Positions 29,225 to 39,889 of a stretch of 64,000 bases of DNA are shown piece after piece. The stretch's first letter is position 1. The number at the start of each line of letters is the position of its first letter. Source of the DNA: Paenibacillus bouchesdurhonensis. GTDB taxonomy: Bacteria > Bacillota > Bacilli > Paenibacillales > Paenibacillaceae. The notes beneath the pieces were generated by a model, which worked only from the letters and a program-made list of their open reading frames with translations, did no database searches and had not been told where the DNA came from. The position numbers and the translations under genes were made by a program. The stretch is from assembly GCF_900155685.1 (NCBI RefSeq), contig NZ_LT732548.1, positions 2,050,301-2,114,300 on the forward strand, given 5' to 3'.

Positions 29225-29332
29225 TGTATGGGAGAGCCTCCATATTTCCAACTAAAGCCAATATTGCTGAGGACTCCTATAACTGATATAATAAATTGAT
29301 TATACTTCTAAGGATTTGTGGTGGGGGTAACA

Positions 29333-31150
29333 ATGACAGATATTAGAGCAAGGCAAAAAAAGATTCGGAATTTCTGTATTATTGCACATATCGACCATGG
29401 CAAATCAACGTTGGCTGACCGGATTTTGGAATATACCGGAGCATTGACTTCACGGGAAATGCAGCAGCAGGTGCTTGATACGATGGATTTGGAGAGAGAA
29501 CGCGGAATTACGATAAAGCTGCAGGCCGTACGTCTCTCTTACCGTGCAGATGACGGTGAAGAATATGTGCTTAATTTGATCGATACGCCAGGACACGTCG
29601 ATTTCACGTATGAGGTATCCAGAAGCTTGGCAGCTTGTGAAGGGGCGCTTCTGGTCGTCGATGCGGCTCAGGGGATCGAAGCCCAAACGCTGGCTAACGT
29701 ATACTTGGCATTGGATAACAATCTTGAGATTTTGCCGGTAATTAACAAGATCGATCTGCCCAGCGCTGATCCGGATCGTGTGAAGCAAGAGATTGAGGAT
29801 GTAATCGGTCTGGATGCAAGCGAGGCCGTCCATGCTTCGGCGAAAGCCGGAATCGGCATACGTGAAATTATTGAACAGGTTGTACAGCAGGTTCCTGCGC
29901 CGACAGGAGACCCTGATGAGCCGCTTAAGGCGCTGATTTTTGACTCGCATTACGACCCTTATAAAGGTGTTATTGTGTATGTGCGCGTAATTAACGGACA
30001 TATCAAAGCCGGTTCCAAAATCAAAATGATGGCGACCGGCAAGACGTTTGAGGTTATTGAGGTTGGCGCGTTTATGCCGCGGATGACGATGGTAGACGAA
30101 CTGAATGTCGGGGATGTCGGATTTATTGTCGCAGGTATTAAGACAGTCGGCGATACGCAAGTCGGTGATACGATTACAGATGCGAAGAAACCAACGGCTG
30201 AACCGCTGCCTGGCTATCGCAAAATCAATCCGATGGTGTTCTGCGGTCTGTATCCGATCGACACATCGGATTATAATGACTTGCGCGAAGCGCTGGAGAA
30301 GCTGGAGTTGAATGATGCTTCACTGAGCTTTGAGCCGGAGACATCTAGCGCGCTTGGCTTCGGATTCCGCTGCGGATTCCTCGGCCTGCTCCATATGGAC
30401 GTTATTCAAGAGCGCATTGAGCGTGAGTTCAATATTCCGCTGATTACGACTGCACCAAGCGTTATCTATAAAGTATCCCTGACGAATGGAGAAACGATCT
30501 CGATTGATAACCCGTCCAATTACCCGGAGGTTGGAAAGATCGATCACGTAGAAGAGCCTTATGTCAAGGCGTCTATTATCGTACCGAATGATTTTGTAGG
30601 AACCGTTATGGAGCTGTGCCAAGGCAAACGCGGTGAATTCATTAACATGGAATATTTAGATACGACCCGGGTCACGATCACGTATCAAATTCCACTATCC
30701 GAAATCGTATACGATTTCTTTGACCAACTGAAATCTAGTACGAAGGGTTATGCGTCCTTTGATTATGAGCTCTCAGGCTACCGCCAGTCGAACCTGGTCA
30801 AAATGGACATCCTCCTTAACGGGGAACAGGTCGATGCGCTGTCCTTCATCGTTCACAGAGAGCGGGCTTATCATCGTGGCCGGGCGATCTGTGAGAAGCT
30901 GCGCGAGCTTATTCCACGCCAAATGTTCGAGGTGCCGATCCAAGCTTCCGTAGGTACTAAGATTGTAGCGAGGGAAACGGTAAAGGCGATGCGCAAGAAC
31001 GTCCTTGCGAAATGCTACGGCGGCGACATCTCCCGGAAGCGTAAATTGTTGGAGAAGCAAAAGGAAGGTAAGAAGCGCATGAAGCAGGTGGGTAACGTAG
31101 AGGTGCCGCAGGAGGCATTTATGGCGGTGCTGAAAATCGACGACAATTGA
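29333..31150 (+). CDS. lepA: Elongation factor 4 (LepA)
   Basis: The start is [30 protein letters not shown] and the protein ends with the LepA C-terminal domain. An RBS is present. Confidence 0.9.
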   Translation: MTDIRARQKKIRNFCIIAHIDHGKSTLADRILEYTGALTSREMQQQVLDTMDLERERGITIKLQAVRLSYRADDGEEYVLNLIDTPGHVDFTYEVSRSLAACEGALLVVDAAQGIEAQTLANVYLALDNNLEILPVINKIDLPSADPDRVKQEIEDVIGLDASEAVHASAKAGIGIREIIEQVVQQVPAPTGDPDEPLKALIFDSHYDPYKGVIVYVRVINGHIKAGSKIKMMATGKTFEVIEVGAFMPRMTMVDELNVGDVGFIVAGIKTVGDTQVGDTITDAKKPTAEPLPGYRKINPMVFCGLYPIDTSDYNDLREALEKLELNDASLSFEPETSSALGFGFRCGFLGLLHMDVIQERIEREFNIPLITTAPSVIYKVSLTNGETISIDNPSNYPEVGKIDHVEEPYVKASIIVPNDFVGTVMELCQGKRGEFINMEYLDTTRVTITYQIPLSEIVYDFFDQLKSSTKGYASFDYELSGYRQSNLVKMDILLNGEQVDALSFIVHRERAYHRGRAICEKLRELIPRQMFEVPIQASVGTKIVARETVKAMRKNVLAKCYGGDISRKRKLLEKQKEGKKRMKQVGNVEVPQEAFMAVLKIDDN

Positions 31151-31191
31151 TCGTCCTGTTGGACGCATATGCATAGCATAGGGATTAGAGA

Positions 31192-31217
31192 GGAAAGCCG
31201 GATGGCTTTCCTTTTTC
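31192..31217 (+). terminator. Intrinsic terminator after lepA
   Basis: The hairpin is ggaaagcc-ggat-ggctttcc followed by tttttcc. Confidence 0.65.
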
Positions 31218-31278
31218 CGTAATCTATGCGCAACAAATTAAAAAAGCAATTTCATGAACAAGAAAAGGGGGCACCACC

Positions 31279-32496
31279 GTGAGCCAACAACTGAAATTGG
31301 ACGGACAGGAATGGCCTGGCTCCGCTCCACGGTCTAAGACGGCTCCCGAAGCCGTGTATATTCACATCCCGTTTTGCACGAATAAATGTTTTTATTGCGA
31401 TTTCAATTCTTATGTTCTTAAGGATCAGCCGGTAATGGACTATTTGCGAGCGCTTGATCAGGAGATGGAACTGACCGTTCGTGAGACACCGCCAGGAGAG
31501 ATTAAGAGCATTTTCGTAGGCGGCGGGACTCCCACTGTGCTGAAGCCGGATGAGATGGAGTTCTTCCTTTCGTCTGTTCGCCGTCATTTTCCGAATTGGG
31601 CAGCGGATATCGAATTCTCCATGGAGGCCAACCCCGGTACAACCGATAAAGATAAGCTAGCCGTTATGAAGGCAGGGGGCGTGAATCGCGTCAGCTTCGG
31701 CGTACAGGCGTTTCAGAATGAGCTGCTGAGCGGAATCGGGCGCATCCATAATACAGATGATGTGTACCGCAGTCTGGAGAATGCGAGAGCGGTAGGATTA
31801 AATAATCTATCCATCGACTTGATGTTCGGCTTGCCCAACCAGACTGTTGAAATGCTGGACTACAGTGTATCCAAAGCACAGGAGCTTGAGCTGCCGCATT
31901 ATTCTATTTACAGCCTCAAAGTGGAAGAGAATACGTTATTTCATACGCTGTATCATAAGAATCAGCTCCCGCTTCCCGAGGAAGAGGATGAATTGAATAT
32001 GTACCTGCTGTTAATGGAGCGAATGGAGAAGGCGGGTTACAAGCAGTACGAGATCAGCAATTTTGCTAAACCGGGTTTTGAGAGCCGGCATAACATTACT
32101 TATTGGCGGAACGAGGATTATTATGGCTTGGGCGCAGGCGCCCACGGATATGTGAATCGATATCGCCATGTCAACATTAAGGGCGTTAACCCATATAATG
32201 AAGCGACTAAGCAGGGACGGCCGATTCTGGATCGGTTCGAGATATCTCGCGAGGAAGCGATGGAGGATTTCGTCATGGTGGGTCTGCGCGTGCTAGAGGG
32301 AATTTCGGAGGAGCGCTTCCAGAGTCAGTTCGGGGCTTCGCTTGATGAAGTATTCGGGGATCAATTCAATAAAATGTTGAATGCCGGATTGCTGGAGAAG
32401 ACAGCTTCGATTCCAGGCTATCGACTTAGCAAGAAGGGGATACTGTTTGGCAATGAGGTGTTTGCCGAATTTATAGGTGCCTTGGGCGGAAAATAA
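31279..32496 (+). CDS. hemW: Radical SAM heme chaperone HemW (coproporphyrinogen III oxidase-like, HemN family)
   Basis: The radical-SAM motif CTNKCFYCDF is present. The start is a GTG with RBS AAGGGGGC. The position after lepA matches B. subtilis. Confidence 0.8.
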   Translation: MSQQLKLDGQEWPGSAPRSKTAPEAVYIHIPFCTNKCFYCDFNSYVLKDQPVMDYLRALDQEMELTVRETPPGEIKSIFVGGGTPTVLKPDEMEFFLSSVRRHFPNWAADIEFSMEANPGTTDKDKLAVMKAGGVNRVSFGVQAFQNELLSGIGRIHNTDDVYRSLENARAVGLNNLSIDLMFGLPNQTVEMLDYSVSKAQELELPHYSIYSLKVEENTLFHTLYHKNQLPLPEEEDELNMYLLLMERMEKAGYKQYEISNFAKPGFESRHNITYWRNEDYYGLGAGAHGYVNRYRHVNIKGVNPYNEATKQGRPILDRFEISREEAMEDFVMVGLRVLEGISEERFQSQFGASLDEVFGDQFNKMLNAGLLEKTASIPGYRLSKKGILFGNEVFAEFIGALGGK

Positions 32497-32566
32497 TATA
32501 TTGAACTTATATACGCTTTGTTGTATATTTATTCATAATATTGTACCGGATCGAGGAGGGATCAGC

Positions 32567-33034
32567 ATGCCTGCTGTAGCTGTATGCAGAAGAGCAAAAC
32601 TTGAAGATGTAGAGCCTCTATTTCAAATGATTGATGGGTATGCCCAGCGGGGGATTATGCTGCCGCGCTCGAGAGAGGTGCTAAACCGGCAGATTGACGA
32701 CTTCGTGGTAACTGAAGTAGATGGCTTGGTTGTCGGATGCGGATCCCTATGCCGATTAGGCGAAGAACTCGTAGAAATCAGGTCGCTCGGCATTTCGGAG
32801 GGCTATAAAGGACGGGGACTCGGTTCGCTGCTCGTGGCGCAGTTGGTTGATGAAGCGAAGAGCCTAGGTATTCCCAAAGTTATGGCGCTCACTTATGAAG
32901 TTTCTTTTTTTCTGAAAAACGGGTTTGAGGTGGTGGAGAAGGACATTTTTCCGGAGAAAGTTTGGACGGATTGCATCCACTGCCCGAAGCAAAATGCCTG
33001 TGATGAAATAGCGGTGCTTAAGATACTGAACTGA
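32567..33034 (+). CDS. GNAT-family N-acetyltransferase (N-acetylglutamate synthase-like)
   Basis: The internal ATG follows a GGAGGG RBS. The acetyl-CoA binding motif reads …GYKGRGLGSLLV…. Confidence 0.65.
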   Translation: MPAVAVCRRAKLEDVEPLFQMIDGYAQRGIMLPRSREVLNRQIDDFVVTEVDGLVVGCGSLCRLGEELVEIRSLGISEGYKGRGLGSLLVAQLVDEAKSLGIPKVMALTYEVSFFLKNGFEVVEKDIFPEKVWTDCIHCPKQNACDEIAVLKILN

Positions 33035-33035
33035 C

Positions 33036-33065
33036 TTGACAATCGTCTTGTCGGTTTGGTATTTT
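33036..33065 (+). promoter_or_regulatory. Sigma A promoter candidate of the hrcA-grpE-dnaK-dnaJ operon (TTGACA-N18-TATTTT)
   Basis: The -35 is a perfect TTGACA. The -10 (TATTTT) is weaker. It lies just upstream of CIRCE. Confidence 0.5.
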
Positions 33066-33076
33066 TGTATTAGCGA

Positions 33077-33103
33077 TTAGCACTCGATATGAGTGAGTGC
33101 TAA
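33077..33103 (+). promoter_or_regulatory. CIRCE operator (HrcA binding site), TTAGCACTC-N9-GAGTGCTAA
   Basis: The 9-N9-9 inverted repeat is a perfect match to the CIRCE consensus. It lies 35 nt upstream of hrcA. Confidence 0.9.
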
Positions 33104-33137
33104 CGACACGGTCAAATGTAAAATAGGAGGGATTTTC

Positions 33138-34172
33138 ATGTTAACGGAACGCCAGAGAATGATTTTAACAGCCATTGTAGATGATTATATTCGTTCGGCG
33201 GAACCGGTGGGATCCCGAAGCATTTCAAAACGGGGAGATGTCGGCTACAGTCCGGCAACGATTCGTAATGAAATGGCAGATTTAGAGGAGCTCGGATTTC
33301 TTGAGCAGCCTCATACATCAGCTGGCCGTATTCCTTCTCACAAAGGATACCGATATTATGTTGATCATATGATGCCCCTGAACCGATTGGCCTCGGATGA
33401 GCTGGGAACGATGAAATCATTTTTTGCCGAGAAGCTCAATGCAACGGAGCAGGTCATTCAGCACGCGGGCACGATTTTATCACATATGACGAACTACACC
33501 TCTATTTTGCTTGGGCCCGAAGTATTCCATACCTCCCTGCGTCATTTTCAGCTGCTGCCTCTAAATGAGACTACGGCAGTTGCCATTATTGTGACGAATA
33601 CAGGCCAGGTAGAGAATAAGACGGTCTCTATTCCACCCGGCGTATCTATTTCCGAAATGGAGAAGGTCGTCAATCTGCTGAATCATAGACTGGCTGGAGT
33701 GCCGATCTATAAGCTGAAATCCGCCCTTTATAACGAAATCGGTCAAGAAATGCAGCGGCATATCGACCATTTTGAAGATTTGATGAAGGTGCTGGATGAG
33801 GCGCTGGATAGCGGTGGAACCGAAGGGCAGCGTCTGTTTCTTAGCGGAACTACGAATATGCTGACACAGCCTGAATTCCGGGATGTGGATAAAGTGAAGA
33901 GCATCCTTGACCTGTTGGAGGAGACACCAACCTTAATGAGGATGTTGACTTCTGCGCAGGCCGGGTCAGGCATTCAGGTGCGTATCGGTACAGAGAACAA
34001 ACATGAAGCTTTTGCAAATTGCAGTTTGATTACAGCAACTTACGCCATTGAAGGCGGCGCTGTAGGCACGATCGGTATTTTGGGACCGACAAGAATGGAG
34101 TATGCCCGGGTCATGCGGATTTTGGATATGCTATCTAAGGATTTAACAGAATTCCTGTCCCGCTTACATTAA
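33138..34172 (+). CDS. hrcA: Heat-inducible transcription repressor HrcA
   Basis: The start is MLTERQRMILTAIVDDYIRSAEPVGSR. The RBS is AGGAGGG. Confidence 0.9.
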   Translation: MLTERQRMILTAIVDDYIRSAEPVGSRSISKRGDVGYSPATIRNEMADLEELGFLEQPHTSAGRIPSHKGYRYYVDHMMPLNRLASDELGTMKSFFAEKLNATEQVIQHAGTILSHMTNYTSILLGPEVFHTSLRHFQLLPLNETTAVAIIVTNTGQVENKTVSIPPGVSISEMEKVVNLLNHRLAGVPIYKLKSALYNEIGQEMQRHIDHFEDLMKVLDEALDSGGTEGQRLFLSGTTNMLTQPEFRDVDKVKSILDLLEETPTLMRMLTSAQAGSGIQVRIGTENKHEAFANCSLITATYAIEGGAVGTIGILGPTRMEYARVMRILDMLSKDLTEFLSRLH

Positions 34173-34221
34173 TAATGAGCATGATAATTATGTTTTACCG
34201 CATGTTAAGGAGGTGAACATC

Positions 34222-34839
34222 TTGAAGGAACAAGAACCAGTTCAAGACAACATCAATACGAATGTAGAGGAAGAATTTGAAATGAATGATCATGTGAACC
34301 AAGAACATACAGCAGATGAGAACAGCATTCCTGAGGAGAACTCTGCAAGCGAGCGGGAGGCTTCCAAGGCAACTGCAGCTAAAGAGGGTAATGCAGAGCA
34401 TGCGGCGCTCCGCGCTGAATTGGAAGAGCAGCAGCAAAGACTGCTGAGAGCGCAGGCGGATTTCGACAACTTCCGCAGGCGTACGCAGAAAGAGAAAGAA
34501 GAGCTTGGGAAGTACGCTTCCGCTAAACTGATTACCGAGCTGTTGCCAGTCATAGATAATTTCGAACGGGCTTTAGCCAGCGGCGAGCAGGGTACGGATG
34601 TCACTTCCTATGCCAAAGGTGTAGAAATGATCTTCCGTCAGCTTGAGGGCGTGCTTGGAGCCGAAGGCCTGAAGGCGATGGAGACCGTTGGAGAACAGTT
34701 CAATCCTGAATTTCATCAGGCGATTATGCAGGTGGAATCAGACGAATATGAAGAGGGCATCGTTGTCGAAGAGGTACAGAAAGGGTATATGTTGAAGGAC
34801 AAGGTACTTCGTCCAGCGATGGTCAAAGTCAGCGGTTAA
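34222..34839 (+). CDS. grpE: Nucleotide exchange factor GrpE
   Basis: The start is a TTG 8 nt after AGGAGG. The upstream GTG at 34213 overlaps the RBS and was not used. The GrpE coiled coil and C-terminal domain are present. Confidence 0.85.
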   Translation: MKEQEPVQDNINTNVEEEFEMNDHVNQEHTADENSIPEENSASEREASKATAAKEGNAEHAALRAELEEQQQRLLRAQADFDNFRRRTQKEKEELGKYASAKLITELLPVIDNFERALASGEQGTDVTSYAKGVEMIFRQLEGVLGAEGLKAMETVGEQFNPEFHQAIMQVESDEYEEGIVVEEVQKGYMLKDKVLRPAMVKVSG

Positions 34840-34857
34840 TTCCAGCTGTTCATTTAA

Positions 34858-36756
<1,899 letters not shown>

Positions 36757-36905
36757 TCGCTGTACGTTAAGCGTTGGATAGAACAATACAATTGGTGAAC
36801 CGGGAAGGTCAAAGCGCGGGGCATTCCGTGCTTTGACTTTCCTTTTGCCGGATAGAGGGTCTATCTGGCGTTGACCATAGCTATAGCAATAGTGGGGGTG
36901 GAAGG

Positions 36906-38027
36906 ATGGCTGAAAAGCGCGATTATTATGAGGTGCTGGGGGTTGGCAAGAGCGCCTCGGACGATGATATTAAGAAAGCCTATCGCAAGCTGGCGCGTCA
37001 GTATCACCCTGACGTGAACAAGGCGCCGGATGCGGAGGATAAGTTTAAAGAAGTCAAAGAGGCCTACGATGTCCTTAGCGATTCGGGGAAACGTGCTCGC
37101 TACGACCAATATGGCCACATTGATCCGAACCAAGGGATGGGCGGTGGATTTTCCGGCGCGGATTTCGGCGGCTTCGGTGATATTTTCGATATGTTCTTTG
37201 GGGGCGGCGGTGGTCGTCGCGATCCAAACGCGCCGCAGCGCGGTAATGATCTGCAGTACACGATGACGATCGAGTTCAAAGAGGCTGTCTTTGGTAAAGA
37301 AAGCGACATTACGATTCCGCGTACGGAGAATTGTGATACATGCTTCGGCTCCGGTGCAAAACCGGGAACGAAGCCGGAGACTTGTTCCGTCTGCCGGGGC
37401 ACAGGACAAGAGGAAGTGGTTCAGAATACGCCGTTCGGCCGTATGGTGAATCGCCGTGCTTGCAGCAATTGTTCGGGCAGAGGGCAGATCATTAAAGATA
37501 AATGTTCAACTTGTCAAGGCAGTGGCAAAGTGAAAAAGCAGCGTAAAATTCATGTCCGCATTCCAGCCGGGGTAGATGACGGCGCCCAACTGCGGATGAC
37601 CGGCGAAGGGGAAGGCGGTTTGCGCGGCGGCCCAGCCGGGGATTTGTACATCGTTATTCGCGTGAAGTCGCATGACTTCTTCGAGCGTGAGGGCGATGAT
37701 ATTTACTGTGAAGTCCCGTTAACTTTTGCGCAAGCGGCGCTCGGGGACGAAATTGAAATTCCGACGCTGACTGAGAAGGTGAAGCTGAAAGTGCCGGCAG
37801 GCACCCAGACCGGTACCTATTTCCGCCTTAAAGGTAAGGGCGTTCCGCGGCTTCGCGGCATTGGACAGGGCGACCAGCATATCAAGGTTGTTGTTGTGAC
37901 GCCAAGCAAACTGAGCGATGAGCAAAAAGACTTGCTGAGGCAATTTGCTGCAATGAACGGAGAGCATACGCATGAAAATGAGCAATCGTTCTTTGATCGG
38001 ATGAAGCGGGCGTTCCGCGGAGACTGA
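36906..38027 (+). CDS. dnaJ: Chaperone DnaJ
   Basis: A J-domain with an HPD motif is present, followed by a G/F-rich region and four CxxCxGxG zinc-finger repeats. Confidence 0.95.
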   Translation: MAEKRDYYEVLGVGKSASDDDIKKAYRKLARQYHPDVNKAPDAEDKFKEVKEAYDVLSDSGKRARYDQYGHIDPNQGMGGGFSGADFGGFGDIFDMFFGGGGGRRDPNAPQRGNDLQYTMTIEFKEAVFGKESDITIPRTENCDTCFGSGAKPGTKPETCSVCRGTGQEEVVQNTPFGRMVNRRACSNCSGRGQIIKDKCSTCQGSGKVKKQRKIHVRIPAGVDDGAQLRMTGEGEGGLRGGPAGDLYIVIRVKSHDFFEREGDDIYCEVPLTFAQAALGDEIEIPTLTEKVKLKVPAGTQTGTYFRLKGKGVPRLRGIGQGDQHIKVVVVTPSKLSDEQKDLLRQFAAMNGEHTHENEQSFFDRMKRAFRGD

Positions 38028-38094
38028 TCGATAGCGAAGCCAATCATGGAATGATTCACTGAGAGTGTATAGCTGAATATTCAAAGAATAAGCT

Positions 38095-38135
38095 TGACCG
38101 ATGTCCGATCTCTTAAGGATGTCGGTCTTTTTTTT
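38095..38135 (+). terminator. Intrinsic terminator after dnaJ
   Basis: The stem is 11 bp (gaccgatgtcc / ggatgtcggtc, with 2 G-U pairs), followed by tttttttt. Confidence 0.7.
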
Positions 38136-38314
38136 GCAGAAAATTTCCCGGTCGTAATACTTTCACCATGTTCGAACATCGATCAATAAGCGATGATAGC
38201 TGTGAGTTCATGCACAGGTGGTATTACCCAGGCAGGGATGTCCGATCATTCCGCAGTGCAGGCATAGAATACATGCTTGTATGCTGTATTGCCACAGGCA
38301 TGGAATCTCCAATG

Positions 38315-38382
38315 CATGGGTTCGAATCCCTTATCCTAGAGAGGATTAGCTCAGTGGTAGAGCACTCGACTTTTAATCGAGC
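38315..38382 (+). pseudogene. tRNA-Lys(UUU)-like fragment in permuted order
   Basis: A T-arm and 3' acceptor strand (GGGTTCGAATCCC TT ATCCT) comes first. After an AGAG spacer comes a 5' acceptor strand, D-arm and anticodon arm (AGGAT TA GCTC AGTGGT AGAGC A CTCGA CTTTTAA TCGAG). No variable region or T-arm follows the anticodon stem, so no intact tRNA is present on either strand. Confidence 0.45.
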
Positions 38383-38678
38383 AAACATGTTAAAGAAGAT
38401 GACCTTGTAGAGGGCTCCTCGGTGGCTTGTTGTGCACGCTGCAGCAGAAGCTTTGCAGCTTTGCAGATACCGGATTGAACGGACGCCATGCTGTCCGCCG
38501 GGGCAAAGTGAGTGGGCTGGCAGATGGCAAGCGAATCGACCGCCTTGCTCATGGATGCCGCGGCAGAAGCGAACGGCCGGTAATCCTTAAGCAGAGCTCC
38601 GCTAATGCCGCAGGGAGGAGTCCTCTCTATGAGGTCGCAAATCGAGCGGCCAATCCGCAAGGCAGGAGGAAAAATGAG

Positions 38679-39791
38679 ATGTTCAAGAAAATTACGATAC
38701 AAATGGGACAGCGCGGCTTACTACTCAAGAAGGGTACCTATGTGAAAATGCTTCAGCCAGGGACGTACCGTCTGACCACATTTGGGGGAACACATATCAT
38801 CGTAATGGATACGGCGATGCCGTTTGAGATAGTGGGGAAGGATTTGCAGCTGTTTTTGCATGACGACAAGCTGAAGCAGGAGCTCGACATCGTTCACGTT
38901 TTGGATCATGAATATGTGCTCCATTATGAGGATGAGAGATTCAGCGGACTACTGAAGGCAGGAACGTACGCCTACTGGAACGTCTTGAAGCAGCATCGAT
39001 TCGTTCATATCGATATTCGTCATCCGGAGCTGCCGGCCCAGGTCGATCCCGTCATTTTGCCAAAGCTGACAGGCTACTATCAAATGCTGGAGGTGGCGGA
39101 GCATGAAGCGGGGGTACTGTATTATAACCACGTCATGCAAAGAGAGCTTAAGCCGGGGAAGTATTACTTCTGGAGAGGGCCTGTTGCGGTATCCTTACAG
39201 AAGGTTGATTTAAGGCAGCAGCAGCTGGATATGACAGGACAGGAAATGATGACCGAGGACAAGGTGACGCTTAGATTGAACTTTGTGTGCCAATATAAGG
39301 TGGAGGCTCCGCTGCTGGTACTGGCCATCAAATCCTTTGAGGAACAAATTTATATTCAGCTTCAGCTGATTTTGCGTGAATATATTGGGACATTGAAGCT
39401 CGACGATTTATTGAAAATGAAGCAGGAAATCGCCGCTTTCGTAATGTCGCGTCTGCATGAGAAGGAACGGGAATATGGCATTCGTTTCGTGTCGGCAGGG
39501 GTAAAGGATATTATTTTGCCGGGGGATATTAAGGACATTTTGAATACCGTTCTTCTTGCTGAGAAAAAGGCGCAAGCCAACACGATTACCCGCCGCGAGG
39601 AGACGGCATCGACACGCAGCCTGCTTAATACCGCTAAGCTGATGGACGAGAACGAGACACTTTATCGCCTCAAAGAATTGGAGTTTCTGGAGAAGATCTG
39701 CGAGAAAATCGGTTCCATATCGTTGACAGGCGGAAGCAACCTGCTAGAGCAGCTTAACTTTCTATTGGGCAGCAAGGGGGCGGAAAAATAA
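38679..39791 (+). CDS. SPFH/band-7 domain protein with an N-terminal repeat region
   Basis: The ATG at 38679 is in frame and follows an AGGAGGA RBS. An earlier ATG at 38674 is out of frame. The C-terminal half is SPFH-like (…TEDKVTLRLNFVCQYKV…VLLAEKKAQANTITRREETASTRSL…). The N-terminal half carries three L-K-x-G-x-Y repeats. Confidence 0.55.
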   Translation: MFKKITIQMGQRGLLLKKGTYVKMLQPGTYRLTTFGGTHIIVMDTAMPFEIVGKDLQLFLHDDKLKQELDIVHVLDHEYVLHYEDERFSGLLKAGTYAYWNVLKQHRFVHIDIRHPELPAQVDPVILPKLTGYYQMLEVAEHEAGVLYYNHVMQRELKPGKYYFWRGPVAVSLQKVDLRQQQLDMTGQEMMTEDKVTLRLNFVCQYKVEAPLLVLAIKSFEEQIYIQLQLILREYIGTLKLDDLLKMKQEIAAFVMSRLHEKEREYGIRFVSAGVKDIILPGDIKDILNTVLLAEKKAQANTITRREETASTRSLLNTAKLMDENETLYRLKELEFLEKICEKIGSISLTGGSNLLEQLNFLLGSKGAEK

Positions 39792-39889
39792 CACAGCGCA
39801 GCTTGTTAATACAGACCTTGTAAAAACTTCACAGCGCGAGAGCAGCTGACAGGGTAAAATACAACATGAGTTAGGAGCAGCAGGAGGGG

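Noticed and set aside
31279-31350. Possible N-terminal over-extension of hemW
   Set aside because: There is no alternative in-frame start codon with an RBS between 31279 and the radical-SAM motif. The GTG at 31279 has a good RBS, so it was kept.
34213-34221. GTG at 34213 as the grpE start
   Set aside because: It overlaps the Shine-Dalgarno AGGAGG itself. The TTG at 34222 has correct spacing.
38168-38702. Plus-strand 80-aa ORF, minus-strand 109-aa ORF, and the 5' extension of the 38427 ORF
   Set aside because: All fall in the GC-rich leader that contains the tRNA-like fragment. None has an RBS. The real downstream gene has a clear AGGAGGA plus ATG start at 38679.
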